Shown: positions 39,151 to 51,121 of the stretch, piece by piece | Numbering within the stretch: position 1 is the first letter of the stretch | Layout of the letters: each line of letters opens with the position of its first letter | Source: Takakia lepidozioides | Lineage: Eukaryota; Plantae; Bryophyta | Assembly (NCBI GenBank): GCA_030704615.1 | Contig: CM060734.1 | Location: 30,256,001 to 30,320,000, forward strand | Reading direction: 5' to 3' | DNA: 64,000 nt | Translations under genes and position numbers: made by a program | Notes under the pieces: generated by a model | Told to the model about the DNA's origin: nothing | The model's input: the letters and a program-made list of their open reading frames with translations, nothing else | Databases searched by the model: none

Positions 39151-39364
39151 ACTCAGCCCTACCCTACTTTGATTGATTGTACATGTACATGCATATTGTA
39201 CTTTATTTCTATGATTCATCAAATATGGCTGTGGCTAGTAGTCTTTCAAAAAAGAAGGCAGAGGCAATGAATATGTTGGAGCAACACATACAGATGTGGT
39301 ATCAAGAGAATTATCAAAATGGATGTCACAATCTACAAGAAGGTCCACAACAACAAGCTAAACC

Positions 39365-39980
39365 ATAAAGAAAAACAAACACCCCACCCCAGTACCATAT
39401 GAAAAAAAAAAAAAAAAAAAACTAAGAACCCCCAAAGGCCCTAACCTAAACCTAGAAAGCCCTGTCGTCGCTGCCTGCTACCCCCACGCGTCGCCATCTG
39501 CGACGCGGTTTTTAGGTTTATGAGGCCGGGGGTCGCAAATGGCGACGGCCAGGGCAAAAGGCCCCTGCGACGGCCGGGCGTCGCAAACTGCCCGGCTGCC
39601 CTATTCTTGCAAAAAAAAAATGGGTCACACCACGCGACGGCCTGGCGTCGCAAGAAGAGCTGCGATGAAAGAAATGACAAGAAAGGGTTTTTTTTTTCCC
39701 GGCGTGCGACGAGCGGCCGTCGCCAGAAAGGGCTGCCTTCTGCCCTTTGCTGGGGGCGACGCGTGGGCGTCGCACGGAAGGGCTGCCATTTGCCCTTCAT
39801 CACTCCGTGCGACGGCCAGGCGTCGCCGCCTGGCCCTGGCGCCAAGTGGTGACCCGCGGGGTTTGGCTGCGACGGCCCGGCGTCGCAAACACGCTCCGCG
39901 GGGTTGGTGTCGCACGCTCGGCGCCGCGCGGGGCGTGGGGGCGCGGCTGGCGTCGCAAACCCCCCCCATTTGCTGTAGTG
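39365..39980. repeat. CACTA right subterminal repeat array (GCGACG...CGTCGC inverted pairs)
   Basis: Repeated palindromic units such as gcgacggccgggcgtcgc, gcgacggcctggcgtcgc and gcgacggcccggcgtcgc. Confidence 0.85.
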
Positions 39981-40115
39981 AGGGGAATTTGTGCGAGCAC
40001 CAAGTGAAGGTTCTGCAGATGATCCACCCTCATCTCGAGGACGGTCTCATCGCAAAGTTCTGTGGAACTCTGATGGGCACATCTAAAGGTGGCCTTCACA
40101 ATTTGGTGAGAGGTT
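39981..40115 (+). pseudogene. C-terminal half of a SWIM zinc finger (MULE-type) abutting the CACTA right end
   Basis: GNLCEHQVKVL...FCGTLMGTSKGGL immediately follows TAGTG and resembles the CxH half of SWIM (CxC-xn-CxH); the CxC half is absent. Confidence 0.45.
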
Positions 40116-40581
40116 CTGAATCCCCGACTTGTATCCCTTCATCTTCGCAAACTCCTCCACATCAGAGGTCCCCTTCTTTATCTCAGAAGAGTCCATTGCA
40201 GAACGTACAGGCCCAGATTTCCACAGAATGACAAACCATTGTGCAACTCACAGAGTCTAGTGACTACCTGCAGCAACATCTCCTTGCCTTGATAAGAGTT
40301 GCAAAGGGGAAGATTCTTGAGTTGACTGCCATGATGGAGGAGGGTGTTCGGTACCCTCGCGAGGAACCAGTTATGACTCTGGCAAAGGGAAGCCCCTCGT
40401 CTGGTTCAAAGACTTTTTGGAGAGAAATGGACACAGCAGGAAACGCCCACCCTTGCCAACTCGAACCGCGCCAAAGAAGAGATTGTACAGTGACTGAAGG
40501 TGTGTACGTGCTGCAGAAAACAGTGTCACATCAATGTCAATCAGTCCTTTCTGATCCTCAGCATGTCACTCACATTGTGTT

Positions 40582-41305
40582 TGTCGCGCACCTCACTTCG
40601 GTAAGCTCCCCTTCAAGTCATAGTTACTCGTTTTGATGCGCACGCCTAACTCCCAACCTGGCCGCCGGGCCAACTTGGAGCTTCGGCTGCTCACCGGGAC
40701 ATAACGGTCCCCCTTCGCTCCCCCGAAAGACCCTCCACCTATTTGGGCCTAGTGGAATTCCCTTTGGTAGATGGCAGTCCGGAACAGCTCCCCACTCTTT
40801 GGTCGCTTTCCGGCTCGCTCGCTTACTCACTAGTTTTTGGTCACCAACGGGCTTGCACCGTTCTCGGGGTTACTACTCCCTATATATACTTCTGTAGCTG
40901 TCTGCGGGGGTTCCACAAACAGCCATGCCATTTTATGGTGAACCACCACGAAGACCCTCGATTCCCGGTGGTGAGTCGCGGTGAGTCTTGGCCCACTCAC
41001 CGCGGCCCCAATGGACCGTGATGAGTCCCAAGACTCCCCACGACTCCCACCTCGAGGTCTCCACCCCATGGTGAGTCCTATGCCACCCCCACTAAGTCCC
41101 GCTAAGCTACCACCACCCCTTGTGGAGCCACCCCCACCGCAACCCGGTGTGCGGGGCTCCGCCTAGTGAGCGCCTCCGCCTCCTTGAGTGCCTTGGGCAC
41201 TCAAGGGTGCTTCAGCCCCCGTATCTATCGCTGCTACTGCCCCCACCACAGGGGCAGCCCCTTCTGTGTCCCGACCCCCTGCCCTCAAGGCAAAGGGCCG
41301 CGACA
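40582..41305 (-). repeat. 3' LTR of the chromovirus (724 bp)
   Basis: Direct repeat of 47159-47881; about 7 substitutions and 1 indel counted by eye. Confidence 0.95.
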
Positions 41306-42210
41306 CACACCCCTACCAACAGGGAGTCGATGTCCTCATCGACTTGTCCATTTTGTAGAAACGAACATCCAAGTTGTGGCATCCCACATCAAGGAGTTTG
41401 TTTCCGCACCATGGCGTCCCATGGCAAAGAACCAAACCCCACACTTGACTCTACTCTCCACTAGCTAGTTCGGCCGACTTCCTCCAAGTCCCGGCCAAGG
41501 GTGGAGCCTCTCCAGCTCCTCCCAGTGCACTCTTCTTGGCCTACTTCAAGGCCAAGGAACGATCCTCCCCGAGGATCGAATCGCCTTACTGCAACAACAT
41601 TGCTTGCGACCGCTCATGATGCCACTTTTGGCATCACCTTGAGCAAGGGTTCACCTAGAACCCTCTTTGACTAGGAAGATAACCTTGAATCAACCGTGCG
41701 CCCCAATCACTACAATTGGGTCCACCTTGGAATGCTGGCCTGAGGTACGGGAACACGCCGAAGCCACACTACGACTTCGTCCCGAGGCTACACGATTATA
41801 GTACGTGAACGGAAGCACGTAGCTTCTGTGTTAGCCCGCACTACAAGGCAACCCCCTCGGTAGCGCAGTTATAGTACGCGCACGCGCCAGGTGCGCACTA
41901 GCACGTGAACTCCCAAAGAAGGCGCAAGTTGTCTTGCCCCTTGGATGGGGGTCACCCGATTTTGGCACTACGCAAACACACGATTAACCCAATTTACCTC
42001 TCCCACTTTTGTAAGCTAGCATGCATTCTACACACTAGCCAACCATACCATGCATCACCATTCCAAACAAAATAGGACGCACAACATTTGGAAGCCATTT
42101 CATTTACAGCAAGTTTTGTACAATACAAGTTTTTGCAATCAGATTCCTGAGCTAGCTAAGCCGGGCTAAGCATGCATTTCCTCCCCCACGCTCCAAGGTT
42201 GATGTCCCCA

Positions 42211-45200
42211 TCAACGCTTCTTCCGCTTTTGAGGTCGCCCTTCGAACGCTGCAACCGCCTCGGATGCGTTTCCCATTTCTGAGGCACGCACCCAAGATGC
42301 CTCCACATGATGATAGCCCTTCCATTTGACGAGATACTCCGTTTCTTGGTTCTTGAACCTCCTCGACTTAAGTACTGCCTCCACCTCATACTCAGGTTCA
42401 TTTCCATGATCCAACAGCACAGGTGGCGGACGCAACACTTGATGCCGATTCGGACGCGCTTCATCTTTGAAGTAAGGCTTCAAAAGGGATACGTGGAATA
42501 CTGGATGCACCTTGTTGTTTGCCGGCAGCTCCAATTCATATACATCCTCATTCATAACCTTCCGGATGCGAAAGGGACCCGCATATGGAGGTATGAATTT
42601 TGGACTCACTTCCGGAGGTAGTCGAAAATTCTTGATGTTCAACCAGACTTCCGTGCCTGCCTCAAACTTCACTTCCCCCCGCTTCCGATTCGCCTGCCTT
42701 TCATACCGTTTCCTAGCTTTGGCAATGTTGTACTTTGCGAGCTTCAACAAACGCTCGCGTTCTTCCAGTACCGCCGCTACTGCCGGTTCCTCAACGTCCT
42801 GGGCGGCCCAACTTGTCGGCACCAGAGGTGCTTTTCCATAGACCAATACGAAAGGGGAAACTCCCGTTGCGGAGTGTTCTGTGTTATTATAACAGAACTC
42901 TACCGCATCTAAGTGTTCCACCCAGTCTGATTGGTCTGCCGACACGTAATTCCGCAAGATCTGCTTCACTACGGAATTCACTCTTTCCGTTTGGCCGTCG
43001 GTCGTAGGTCGAAAAGCGGTGCTCATCTTCAGCCTCGTCCCCATCTTCTTCCAAAGTGTTCTCCAAAATTTACTCGTAAACTTTGGATCGCGGTCCGAGA
43101 CAATATCCTTCGGGACTCCATGATGCTTTAAGACGTGGGCAAAGTAAAGTCGCCATGTCTCCTGCGCCGTTCCCGTCTCCTTGGTGGGGATGAAATGGCC
43201 CATTTTACTGAACCTATCCACCACCACCATGATTGCATCGAATCCTTTTGACATAGCAGTCATGAAATCCATCGAGACGCTTTCCCAAGTCCCCTCTGGA
43301 ATCAGCAAGGGTTGTAACAGCCCCGCTTGCTTTTTGTACTCGCTCCGGTTTTGTTGGCATGTGGTGCATGTCTTGACATACTCCTCTGCCTCCTCCCTCA
43401 GTTTGGGCCAGAAATACTCTTTCTTCAAGAGTGCCGCAGTGCGCTTGGCTCCGCCGTGGCCCGCAAGCGGGCTATCATGGCATTCTCTCAAGAGACTATC
43501 CCTGATCCCTCCCTTCGGCACGTAGAGACGCTTTTGCTTATACCGGAGCAGTCCATTTTGCAAGTGGAACTGCGATTTAACCCCCATCCTCAAGTCTTGC
43601 ATCACGGACTTCGCCAGCTCATCCTTTCGGCAAGCCTTCCGGATCTTCCTTTGGAGCGTCGTCTCGCCCCTATACACCAACATGAGCTGCTGCTTTCTAC
43701 TTAAAGCATCGGCCACCACATTGTCCCGTCCCGGTTTGTACTGGATATCCACGTCGAACACCGCCAAAGTATCTTGCCACCTAAGTTGTTTTGGGGACAA
43801 CTTGGGCTACGTGGCAAAATACTTCACCGTGACATTGTCCGTGAACACCTTCACTGGGTTGGAACCAACATAGTGGCGCCAAAGCTCAAGGCAATGCACC
43901 ACCGCCTTCATCTCTTTTTCGTGCGTCGGCCACCGTCGCTCCACTTCATTCAGTTTCTTACTTTCATAAGCCACTGGACGTCCATCTTGCATAAGTACTC
44001 CTATGCCTGAAAGATTACCTCAATATCAGCCTCCAAAGGGCCTCACATATCCAGGTAGTGTTCAATCATCTCCGTCAACCAGTGACAGACCTCGGGCTCG
44101 CACACAGAGTCTTTCACGAGACTCTCAACGTCAGAAAGGTGCTCACTCACAAAGGTTTACTAATCCCAAACAGTAAACCGTGAGGACACGGCTTTTTTGA
44201 GAGGGGAAGGGGTAATGTTAGAGGACTGCTAGGGACTTAGACACTTTTACGGGATCTGAGGGGTACCCTTAATTTTGCACAGACAGAGACCAACAGGAGC
44301 CTTAGGGGTGACAGCAGCAATCGCCTTAGGGGTGACAGCAGCAATCGCGAAGTCCGATGCATCTGTATGAATCTCAAACGGACGATCGAACTCGGGGATT
44401 TTCAAGACTGGAGCTTCCGCCATCCGCTGCTTCAATTCAGCAAAAGCTTGGCCACAAAAAGTATTCCATGCCCAGACTTTGGATTTACACAGAAGGTCGG
44501 ACAGCGGCCCCGCGATCTTGGCTAAATTTCTCACATACTTCCGGTAATAGGAGGCGAGTCCTAGGAAGGATCGCACTCCCGGGACCGAAGTCGGAGGCTC
44601 CCAGTCCAAGATCGCCCTCACCTTTCTGTCATCCATTTTGATCCCATCCTGTGTAATCACATGCCCCAAGAACTCCACTTTCGTGACCCCGAATTCGCAC
44701 TTTGAAGCTTTGGCGTACAGCTTCCCTTCCCGCAATTTTTGGAACACCCTTTTGAGGTGCTCCAGGTGCTCCTCCTTTGTTTTCGAGTACACCAAGATGT
44801 CGTCGATGTACACGATCACAAAGTCATCCAACCACTCCTGAAAAAGGCTGTTCATTAGCGTGCTAAAGGTCGCAGGTGCATTGGTGAGCCCAAAAGGCAT
44901 CACCAAGAACTCATATGAACCATACCTTGTCCTGCACGCGGTCTTCTCCTCATCTCCTTCCGCCACCCGAATTTGATGGTAGCCGGAGCGCAAGTCGATC
45001 CGGCTGAAGTACTTCGCTCCTGCCAACCGGTCGAAAAGGTCGTCGATCCTTGGCAAAGGGTACCGGTTTTTAATAGTCACCTTATTCAGAGCCCTGTAAT
45101 CGACACACATCCGCAACGTCCCATCCTTCTTGTCTGCGAATAGCACCGGGCTCCGTAAGGTGACTTACTCGGTCGGATGTACCCCTTTGACATTAGATCC

Positions 45201-47103
45201 TTGAGCTGAGTCTTCAGCTCGACCAACTCTCTGTGGCTCAACCGGTAGGGCGCCTTGGCAGGCGGTTCCGATCCCGGTATCACCTCAATCTTGTGGTCAA
45301 CTCCTCTTTGCGGTGGCAAGCCGCTTGGTAAATCCTCCGGCATCACATCTTGGTATTTCTCCAAAATCCCCTTGATCCAATCTAGGCTCGGCTCCCCATC
45401 GCCTTCTCCCTTCACTTCTCTAATGTAAAGCAAAAACTGGGGCTCATGTGCCTCCTCCACGGCCCATTCCCTTGCTGACAGAAGGTTTATTCGCCCTCCC
45501 ACGGATTTGGGCGTTTCCGACACCCGTAAGACCTCGCCACCATTCCAACATGGCAGCGTGACTACTCTCTTGCGGCCATCTATGATCGCTCCGGATTTGC
45601 TCAAAAAGGTCATCCCCAAAATGAGATCCACTCCATCGATCTCGCAGATGGTGAAGTTCTCACGTCCCTGCCAACTCCCTAGTTGAAGAGGAACATCAAA
45701 CGCCAACCTTGTCGCCAGCTGTGGTTCTCCTTTGGCAGAACGCACCTCAATAGAGGCCCCCACGTCACTTGTCGGGAGTCCCAGCTTTTGTGCCGTTGCC
45801 GGTGTCATGAAGGAGTGCGACGCTCCCGTGTCCACCAACAATGACACGTTAGTTCCGGATATTATCCCATCCACGAACAGTAACTGACTCCCTTTACGTA
45901 AGGCGCCAGTTTCCTGATACAACTCACAAGAAAATGTGCCTACCTTGCAAGTCCTGGCGACCACCGCTTCCACCAGGCGACTGATGGTATCTTCTAACAG
46001 CTCTGTGGTCGCCCGAGTCATGTTCAACTGTCGGGGCTTCGTGCACTTCTTGGCCATGTGCCCGGGCTCCCCGCAATTGAAACACACTCCATCAAAGGTC
46101 GCCTTCTGTCTGCCATAAGCCGCTGCACCTGCTTTTCCTTTCGGAGCACCAGGTGCCGCCTTGACGTGTGAAGGCCCTCCCTTCGATTTCCACGTGCCAT
46201 TATCGCCGCGTGGCCTATCCCACTTCTTTTCCGGTCGGAAAGAGTCACCTTCCCGCCGGGCCTTCTTGTGGTTCAGCTCCGTACGGCCTTGTCTTTCACC
46301 CCTAGGGACATCCGAGAAACATTCCGCCCTCTCAATTGCCTCGTTCAAAGTCTTAGGCGGCTTCTCCTCCAACTTCCGCCTGGCCCATGGGGCCAGTCCC
46401 GCCACAAAGTTGAAGACCATTTCTGGTTCTGCCATGTCCGCGACTTCGAGCAGCAGCACATTGAAAGCCTGAACATAACCCCGAATGTCATCCGTTTGCT
46501 TCAAATTCCTCATCTTGTCCGGGCAAGCCAGGACGCGTTGAGGGGCACAAACTGTCTCTTCATCAATTCCTTGAACCCACTCCAGTTCAAGGTTTCCGGG
46601 CTCGGACCTCGGTCGTGAAGGCGTTTCTGCCACCATTGTTGAGCATAGCCCCTCAAATAGGTGGGAGCCACTTCCACCCGATCCTCGTAACTCAACTTGG
46701 CCGCCCGGAAGTACTGCTCTAGCTCCAGGAGCCAGGTGTTGAGTGCCTTCCGATTTTGGACGCCCTCGAAGGTGCCGGGTTCCTTAGGCTTCACCTTAAA
46801 CTTTGCCTTAGTGGAAGTGGCATTAGCCGCCTTCAATACGTCTTTCAACGTCCCGCCAAACTGCGCCAACAACCCTTCCCAAAAGGCTGCCGGCATGGGA
46901 GGCATCTCTTGGTTTGTCGGAGCTCTCAAGGATTCCTCGGGCTCCGACTCCTCGGATTCCTCTCGCTCTTGAGCGGCCTCGTTTTCGGAAACATGCATCG
47001 CTTCCTCAAACGGCCGCCTCGGTGACACGTCGCCCCCATCTGGCTCACCAGGATCATCATCTTTTGGGCCGTTCCGCTTCCGCTTCGGCTTGCCCGACCC
47101 CAT
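42211..47103 (-). pseudogene. gag-pol of the chromovirus (frameshifts at ~46520 and ~45148; insertion in RNase H)
   Basis: Zinc knuckle CFNCGEPGHMAKKC, protease [33 protein letters not shown], RNase [27 protein letters not shown], integrase HHCC with SMDF/SDRD/GQTERVN, GPF motif, chromodomain YEVEAVL..YLVKWKGY..SW. Confidence 0.93.
44003..44346 (+). mobile_element. Captured fragment (ORF end + PPT + start of 3' LTR) of the second Ty3 family, inserted antisense in the chromovirus RNase H
   Basis: 44216-44318 closely matches 52325-52430 (TGTTAGAGGACTG...GGGGTGACAGCAGC). Preceded by purine tract GAGAGGGGAAGGGG (44199-44212). 24-bp tandem duplication at 44299-44346. Confidence 0.85.
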
Positions 47104-47144
47104 GATGAGGCCAATCCCAAGGACGATCGCGTACTGAACTCTAA

Positions 47145-47156
47145 GCTCTGATACCA
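47145..47156 (-). other. Primer-binding site, tRNA-iMet
   Basis: Minus strand reads TGGTATCAGAGC, 2 nt inside the 5' LTR. Confidence 0.9.
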
Positions 47157-47158
47157 AG

Positions 47159-47881
47159 TGTCGCGCACCTCACTTCGGTAAGCTCCCCTTCAAGTCATAG
47201 TTACTCGCTTTGATGCGCGCGCCTAACTCCCAACCTGGCCGCCGGGCCAACTTGGAGCTTCGGCTGCTCACCAGGTCATAACGGTCCCCCTTTGCTCCCC
47301 CGAAAGACCCTCCACCTATTTGGGCCTAGTGGAATTCCCTTTGGTAGATGGCAGTCCGGAACAGCTCCCCACTCTTTGGTCGCTTTCCGGCTCGCTCGCT
47401 TACTCACTAGTTTTTGGTCACCAACGGGCTTGCACCGTTCTCGGGGTTACTACTCCCTATATATACTTCTGTAGCTGTCCGCGGGGGTTCCACAAATAGC
47501 CATGCCATTTTATGGTGAACCACCACGAAGACCCTCGATTCCCGTGGTGAGTCGCGGTGAGTCTTGGCCCACTCACCGCGGCCCCAATGGACCGTGATGA
47601 GTCCCAAGACTCCCCACGACTCCCACCTCGAGGTCTCCACCCCATGGTGAGTCCTATGCCACCCCCACTAAGTCCCGCTAAGCTACCACCACCCCTTGTG
47701 GAGCCACCCCCACCGCAACCCGGTGTGCGGGGCTCCGCCTAGTGAGCGCCTCCGCCTCCTTGAGTGCCTTGGGCACTCAAGGGTGCTTCAGCCCCCGTAT
47801 CTATCGCTGCTACTGCCCCCACCACAGGGGCAGCCCCTTCTGTGTCCCGACCCCCTGCCCTCAAGGCAAAGGGCCGCGACA
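47159..47881 (-). repeat. 5' LTR of the chromovirus (723 bp)
   Basis: Adjacent to the PBS; followed by TSD GTGTT (47882-86). Confidence 0.95.
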
Positions 47882-49096
47882 GTGTTCATCCATCTTCCAG
47901 GGTCAATGAGCTTGTGTATCACTTACTATGCTATTCACACGATGGCACCGTCACGAGTCCGCTGAAGGCATGTGTGCTTGCATCCCAGGCTACTCCACTG
48001 GCTTTTCCAGGGAATGGGCTTTGCACATATGGTACAATATTGTTTTGAGGACTTCTGCCTCTGCAGTCCCTTCATATGCATGCCTCCTTCGCTTAATTGC
48101 TGGTGTTCTCTTCCTAACGAATTTTTCATGTACCCTTCAACTCACAGCACCTGAAACATGACAATCCAAGAAGTTTCAGCTTTACAACATGGTAGTATGT
48201 ATGGTTTCCTCCTCTTCTTTCTTGGCTACAAGGATTTGCATTCGGACTTATTGTATTCACGCACCATCGAACGTGCTGAAATATGACAATCCAATAAGTT
48301 GCAGCTTCACAACAGGCTAGTATGTTTGGTGTACTCCTTTTGTTGGTTGCGACAAAAGGATGTATCATATTTCCCAACACTGCTTCAGTTTGTGTTTTAC
48401 CATTGCTAGGTTCATTGTTTCATTTTATGCGATTGTGATGTTTCTCTGTATTGAATCTCGTTTGTACGCTTGTTTGGTATAATAGTTGGTGCACGCTACT
48501 TACAGCCTCTCTCCACCTTTTGCTTTGAACATGCCTTATGACTCACTTGTGCCAGAGGAGACACACATATCCATCCTTTAAATGCCTGTTGAATGCTTCC
48601 TCATAACGTTGCAGTCTATATACAAAGAACATTTGAAAATCAACACACACAAACCATGATATGCAGGACTACAGATATACACATTTCCCACATTTCCCCC
48701 ATGATGTCTTCATTGCTCTTTGCCCAATGCTTGCTTCTGGTACTCTGTGAGGCTACATCCACTCTCAATATTGCAAGTCTTCTGTTCAACTGACATCACA
48801 TTTTAGGGTTTTGTCCCTAAAATCCTTGAAACAACAGAACCATGACTGGCTTCCTCTTTCCTTCGCACTGCCATGACTGCACCTTCCATCATTCATACAT
48901 TTATTCCATGAAGTATTCGTGGAAGTGGAATTGAAAACAGTGTCCCAGGGCCCAATAGAACTCTCCATACAAGGATATTTAGGACAAACGTCACCACTGT
49001 CTCCACTATATTTCTGAACCAGGAAATGACTGTGTGTTATGCGACATTGTCTAATACATGCGAGTCGCATGAATTCGCCGATGGTTAGTCCGTGGT

Positions 49097-49290
49097 CACT
49101 GTCTATGTTTTTGGATGATTCTCATTAGGGTTCTGAAAAGGTTATACTGTCGAGGCAAAGTGTCCACTGTGTATGGTTTTGGATGATTTTCATTAGGGTC
49201 CTCAAACGGTGATACTGTCGAGGCATAGTGTCCACCGTGCATGTTACGGATGATTTTCATTAGGGTTCTGAATATGTTATACTGTCGATA
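49097..49290. repeat. ~68-bp tandem repeat, about 3 copies
   Basis: GGATGATT(C/T)TCATTAGGG...ATACTGTCGA recurs at ~49114, 49181 and 49248. Confidence 0.85.
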
Positions 49291-49629
49291 GAAAAAGGCT
49301 CGGCAGAGTGGGAGGCACGACAGTTCAGCCTGGGGTTCAAACCCTATGTAGGTGAAAATGAAGTTTCAATTTTCCCCCACGACCTCCAGCACTTTGCACA
49401 AAGTCGTACATATTGCGTTCCTCTCCTTGTTCACTCATCAGTATCTGTCCTGCTGTGTTTTTGTGTTTCCTTCCCGTTCTTACATGTTACCTCGCTCGAT
49501 TTGTACTGTGTTCCCTCGCTCCACTGCGTAGCCCACATGTGATAGTGAACATTCTGCACCTTCACACGGCCTGGCTGCACTGTATCTCCGTATTGCGCAC
49601 TTTCCCAACTTGGAATTGTTGTTGTATTC

Positions 49630-50987
49630 CGTTGTCTTCAGGGCCGAGTCTGCAGCCTTCAGAATGACATCTGGTAATCTGATAGGCATTCACCTTTTTG
49701 CCTCGGTTGGCCCACCATTGGCTAGGGTCAGAAAAGTATTCATCCCACAGCTTCTCCTCATCTCTAATACTTGTTTTTGGATACTTTCCTGTAGTCACAT
49801 TGGCAGTACCATGTCAAAGTCACTCCAAACTACCAAAGGTTCACTCAATAAGCTAACTTGCAGAATTCAACATGGAAACGTAGGGCTAATTCTGATAAGA
49901 GGGGAAAACAGGGTGAAATGTGTTGAAGAAGGTGCCTTCTCCTCATCCATGTTATCTGTTTTTGGATACTTTCCTGCTGCCACATCGGCAATAACTTGTC
50001 AAAGTCACTCCTAACCACCACGGATCCACCTAACGAGCTCACTTACAGAGTTCAATATGCATCTCAGGGCCGAGTAAATGAGAGGGTAAAACAGGCAGAA
50101 ATAGGTTGAAGAAAAAGGTGCACTCACCACATTGTCCTTGACCTTGTGTCATGACCCATGGAGGATTTGATCGAACATCAACCTCTTGTGCGTACAGCTT
50201 GTGTCTGTTGCGTTCAGAATGACATCTGGTAATCTGCAGGCATTCACCTTTTTGCCTTGTTTGTCCCACCATTGGCTGGGGTCAGAAAAGTATTCATCCC
50301 ACAACTTCTCCTCATCTCTGTTACCTGTTTTTGGATACTTTCTTGTCGTCACATTGGCAGTACCATGTCAAAGTCACTCCAAACTACCAAAGGTTCACTC
50401 AATCAGCTAATTTGCAGAATTCAACATGGAAACGTAGGGCTAATTCTGATAAGAGGGGAAAACAGGGTGAAATGTGTTGAAGAAGGTGCCTTCTCCTCAG
50501 CTATGTTATCTGTTTTTGGATACTTTCCTGTTGTCCCATGGCAGTAACTTGTCAAAGTCACTCCTAACCACCACAGATCCACCCAACGAGCTAAAGTACA
50601 GAATTCAACATGCATCTCAGGGCCAAGTCTAATGAGAGGGGAAAACAGGCAGAAATAGGTCAAAGAAGAAGCTGCCCTCACCACATTGTTCTTGACCTTG
50701 TGTCATGACCCATGGAGGATTTGACCGACCATCAACCCAAAATGACCTCTTGTGTGTGAGCTGCTTGTGTCTATAGTCAGGTACTGTCGGATTTCTCTGT
50801 GAGAACCACCACGGTGCAGCTGGGCAGACGGAGATTGACACACGGCCTGCACCAACCTGCGCGCAGCAAAAGAAGACAAGGTGAGCGCGCAGCAGAAGAA
50901 GACGACGAAGTGAGCGCGTTGTAGAAGTTGACGAGGTCTGCGCAACGGATAGGGCTTAGTGAGGCGGGGAAAAAAAAAACGTCTCAA
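49630..50987 (-). pseudogene. Degenerate OSB-like (organellar ssDNA-binding, PDF-motif) gene with a ~555-bp tandem duplication
   Basis: Minus-strand peptides EEKLWDEYFSDPSQWW(A/D)...KKVN..PD (twice) and QRNPTVPDYRHK...FWVDGRSNPPWV resemble the OSB PDF motif. AGAATGACATCTGGTAATCTG occurs at 49661 and 50216. Confidence 0.6.
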
Positions 50988-51069
50988 AAGGAATTTGAGA
51001 ACGGGATGCCGCGGCGGGTGAACGAAGACCTTACCAGTACACTACATACTAACATCTGTAACATAACCC

Positions 51070-51073
<4 letters not shown>

Positions 51074-51112
<39 letters not shown>

Positions 51113-51117
51113 TATAT
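51074..51117. repeat. (TA)n microsatellite
   Basis: Seen directly. Confidence 0.9.
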
Positions 51118-51121
51118 TTTA

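Larger units (their letters stand above)
32250..39980 (+). mobile_element. CACTA (En/Spm) transposon; right terminus intact, left terminus not found
   Basis: Right end ...TTTGCTGTAGTG at 39980 (reverse complement CACTACAGCAAA). Dense GCGACG/CGTCGC subterminal repeats at 39460-39960 and 32250-32490. Segment ~32475-32595 is an inverted copy of ~39365-39475. CACTA transposase inside. Confidence 0.85.
40582..47881 (-). mobile_element. Full-length Ty3/gypsy chromovirus LTR retrotransposon (Galadriel-like), recent insertion
   Basis: LTRs 40582-41305 and 47159-47881 (TG...CA), TSD GTGTT on both sides, tRNA-Met PBS, and gag-PR-RT-RH-IN-chromodomain order on the minus strand. Confidence 0.96.

Noticed and set aside
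39441-40231. Several overlapping Arg/Ala-rich ORFs
   Set aside because: Artefacts of the GC-rich subterminal repeats; only the SWIM-like tail after 39980 looks coding.
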